From assembly GCA_964496205.1 (NCBI GenBank), contig CAZBXV010000001.1:30680-94679 (forward strand): DNA of 64,000 nt. Direction: 5' to 3'. Below, one piece after another: positions 63,679 to 64,000 of the stretch. The DNA is from an uncultured Acidimicrobiia bacterium (GTDB lineage Bacteria > Actinomycetota > Acidimicrobiia > Spongiisociales > UBA4744). The notes under the pieces are model-generated. The model was not told the DNA's origin and made no database searches. It saw only the letters and a list, made by a program, of their open reading frames with translations. Made by a program: the position numbers and the translations under genes. Within the stretch, counting starts at the first letter, position 1, and every line of letters begins with the position of its first letter.

Positions 63679-63986
63679 CAGCGATCCAGAACATGGTGAT
63701 CGAGGGTCACACAGATGAAAGAGCCGGCGAGGATCGGGTCCCCGTTTCGACGGACGGCTACCTCGACGCTGGTTCGTCGACCCTGCCGGTCTGCGATATG
63801 GGCAGACGCGGAGAGGGACTCCCCTACCTGCACGGGGGCCGTGAACCGAACGTCGGCTCCGCTCAGAACGACGTTCGGATGGTTGACCGCCAGCATCGCC
63901 GCGTAGTCGGCCAGTCCGAACACGAAGCCGCCGTGCACCAAGCCCCTGTCGTCGGCCGCCATCTCCGCTGTCGTCGTGAGTGCCAC
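63678..63986 (-). CDS. PaaI-family hotdog-fold thioesterase. The N-terminus may lie beyond the window edge.
   Basis: LVHGGFVFGLADYAAMLAV is the hotdog thioesterase motif. Its stop shares 1 nt with the TPP-enzyme start. No in-frame stop lies upstream of the M at 63986 before the window end. Confidence 0.65.
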   Translation of the reverse strand: MALTTTAEMAADDRGLVHGGFVFGLADYAAMLAVNHPNVVLSGADVRFTAPVQVGESLSASAHIADRQGRRTSVEVAVRRNGDPILAGSFICVTLDHHVLDR

Positions 63987-64000
63987 CTCCGCGTGCCCCT

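Noticed and set aside
1-64000. CRISPR arrays, tRNA, rRNA and known riboswitches.
   Set aside because: I found no regularly spaced 25-40-bp direct repeats with unique spacers and no cloverleaf-compatible 70-90-nt segments in intergenic regions. The only tandem repeats are the short heptamer and 39-bp coding repeats reported above.

Overview
This 64 kb window looks like a core chromosomal segment of a high-GC (about 67%), Actinomycetota-like bacterium. Genes are densely packed, and many neighbours share 1-4 bp start/stop overlaps (ATGA or GTGA). I found no rRNA, tRNA or CRISPR array, and no intact mobile element.

Main blocks, in window order:
- 1-11.8 kb, minus strand: a division and cell-wall cluster, mraZ-rsmH-ftsL-ftsI-murE-mraY-murD-ftsW-murG-murC-murB. 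murF is conspicuously absent between murE and mraY. The cluster runs straight from murC into murB, with no ddl, ftsQ, ftsA or ftsZ.
- 12-19.3 kb: a MarC-family membrane protein, a universal stress protein, a degenerate serine-recombinase-like gene and two hypotheticals, then a MoxR AAA ATPase, a DUF58 protein and a transglutaminase-like membrane protein.
- 19.3-25.1 kb, minus strand: a MerR regulator, a DUF3040 protein, a histidine phosphatase, and the fatty-acid synthesis operon fabD-fabH-fabG-acpP-fabF.
- 25-32 kb: threonine aldolase, alpha-glucan phosphorylase, an aminotransferase, an LLM-family oxidoreductase, a DUF1232 protein, a ROK-family kinase and an Hsp20 gene.
- 32.4-37 kb, minus strand: a tightly coupled module ending in an ArsA/Get3-like ATPase that carries an Hsp20-like C-terminal domain. 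Upstream of it sit an SRPBCC protein, a metallophosphoesterase, a small membrane protein and a zinc-ribbon membrane protein. queG and a small four-cysteine protein sit upstream of those.
- 37-41.6 kb: a coiled-coil NYN-domain protein next to a tricorn protease homologue.
- 41.7-48.6 kb: an Opu-type and an ABC-2-type transporter.
- 48.6-53.6 kb: an ATP-grasp-like hypothetical, pntAA-pntAB-pntB and a nitroreductase.
- 53.7-55.9 kb: a DUF5667-like membrane protein, an ECF sigma factor and a TrmH-family methyltransferase.
- 56-59.8 kb: a DnaQ-exonuclease/GIY-YIG (Cho-like) gene preceded by a near-perfect actinobacterial-type SOS box and by arrays of heptamer repeats, then a Cdc48-like double-AAA ATPase.
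- 59.8-64 kb: a gene with atypical codon usage, a lipoprotein, a secreted tandem-domain protein, a TPP-dependent enzyme and a thioesterase.

The most interesting candidates for new biology are the ArsA-Hsp20 module, the SOS-box/heptamer-repeat region upstream of the Cho-like gene, the degenerate recombinase, and the tricorn-NYN pair. All functional calls come from motif recognition by eye and need database confirmation.
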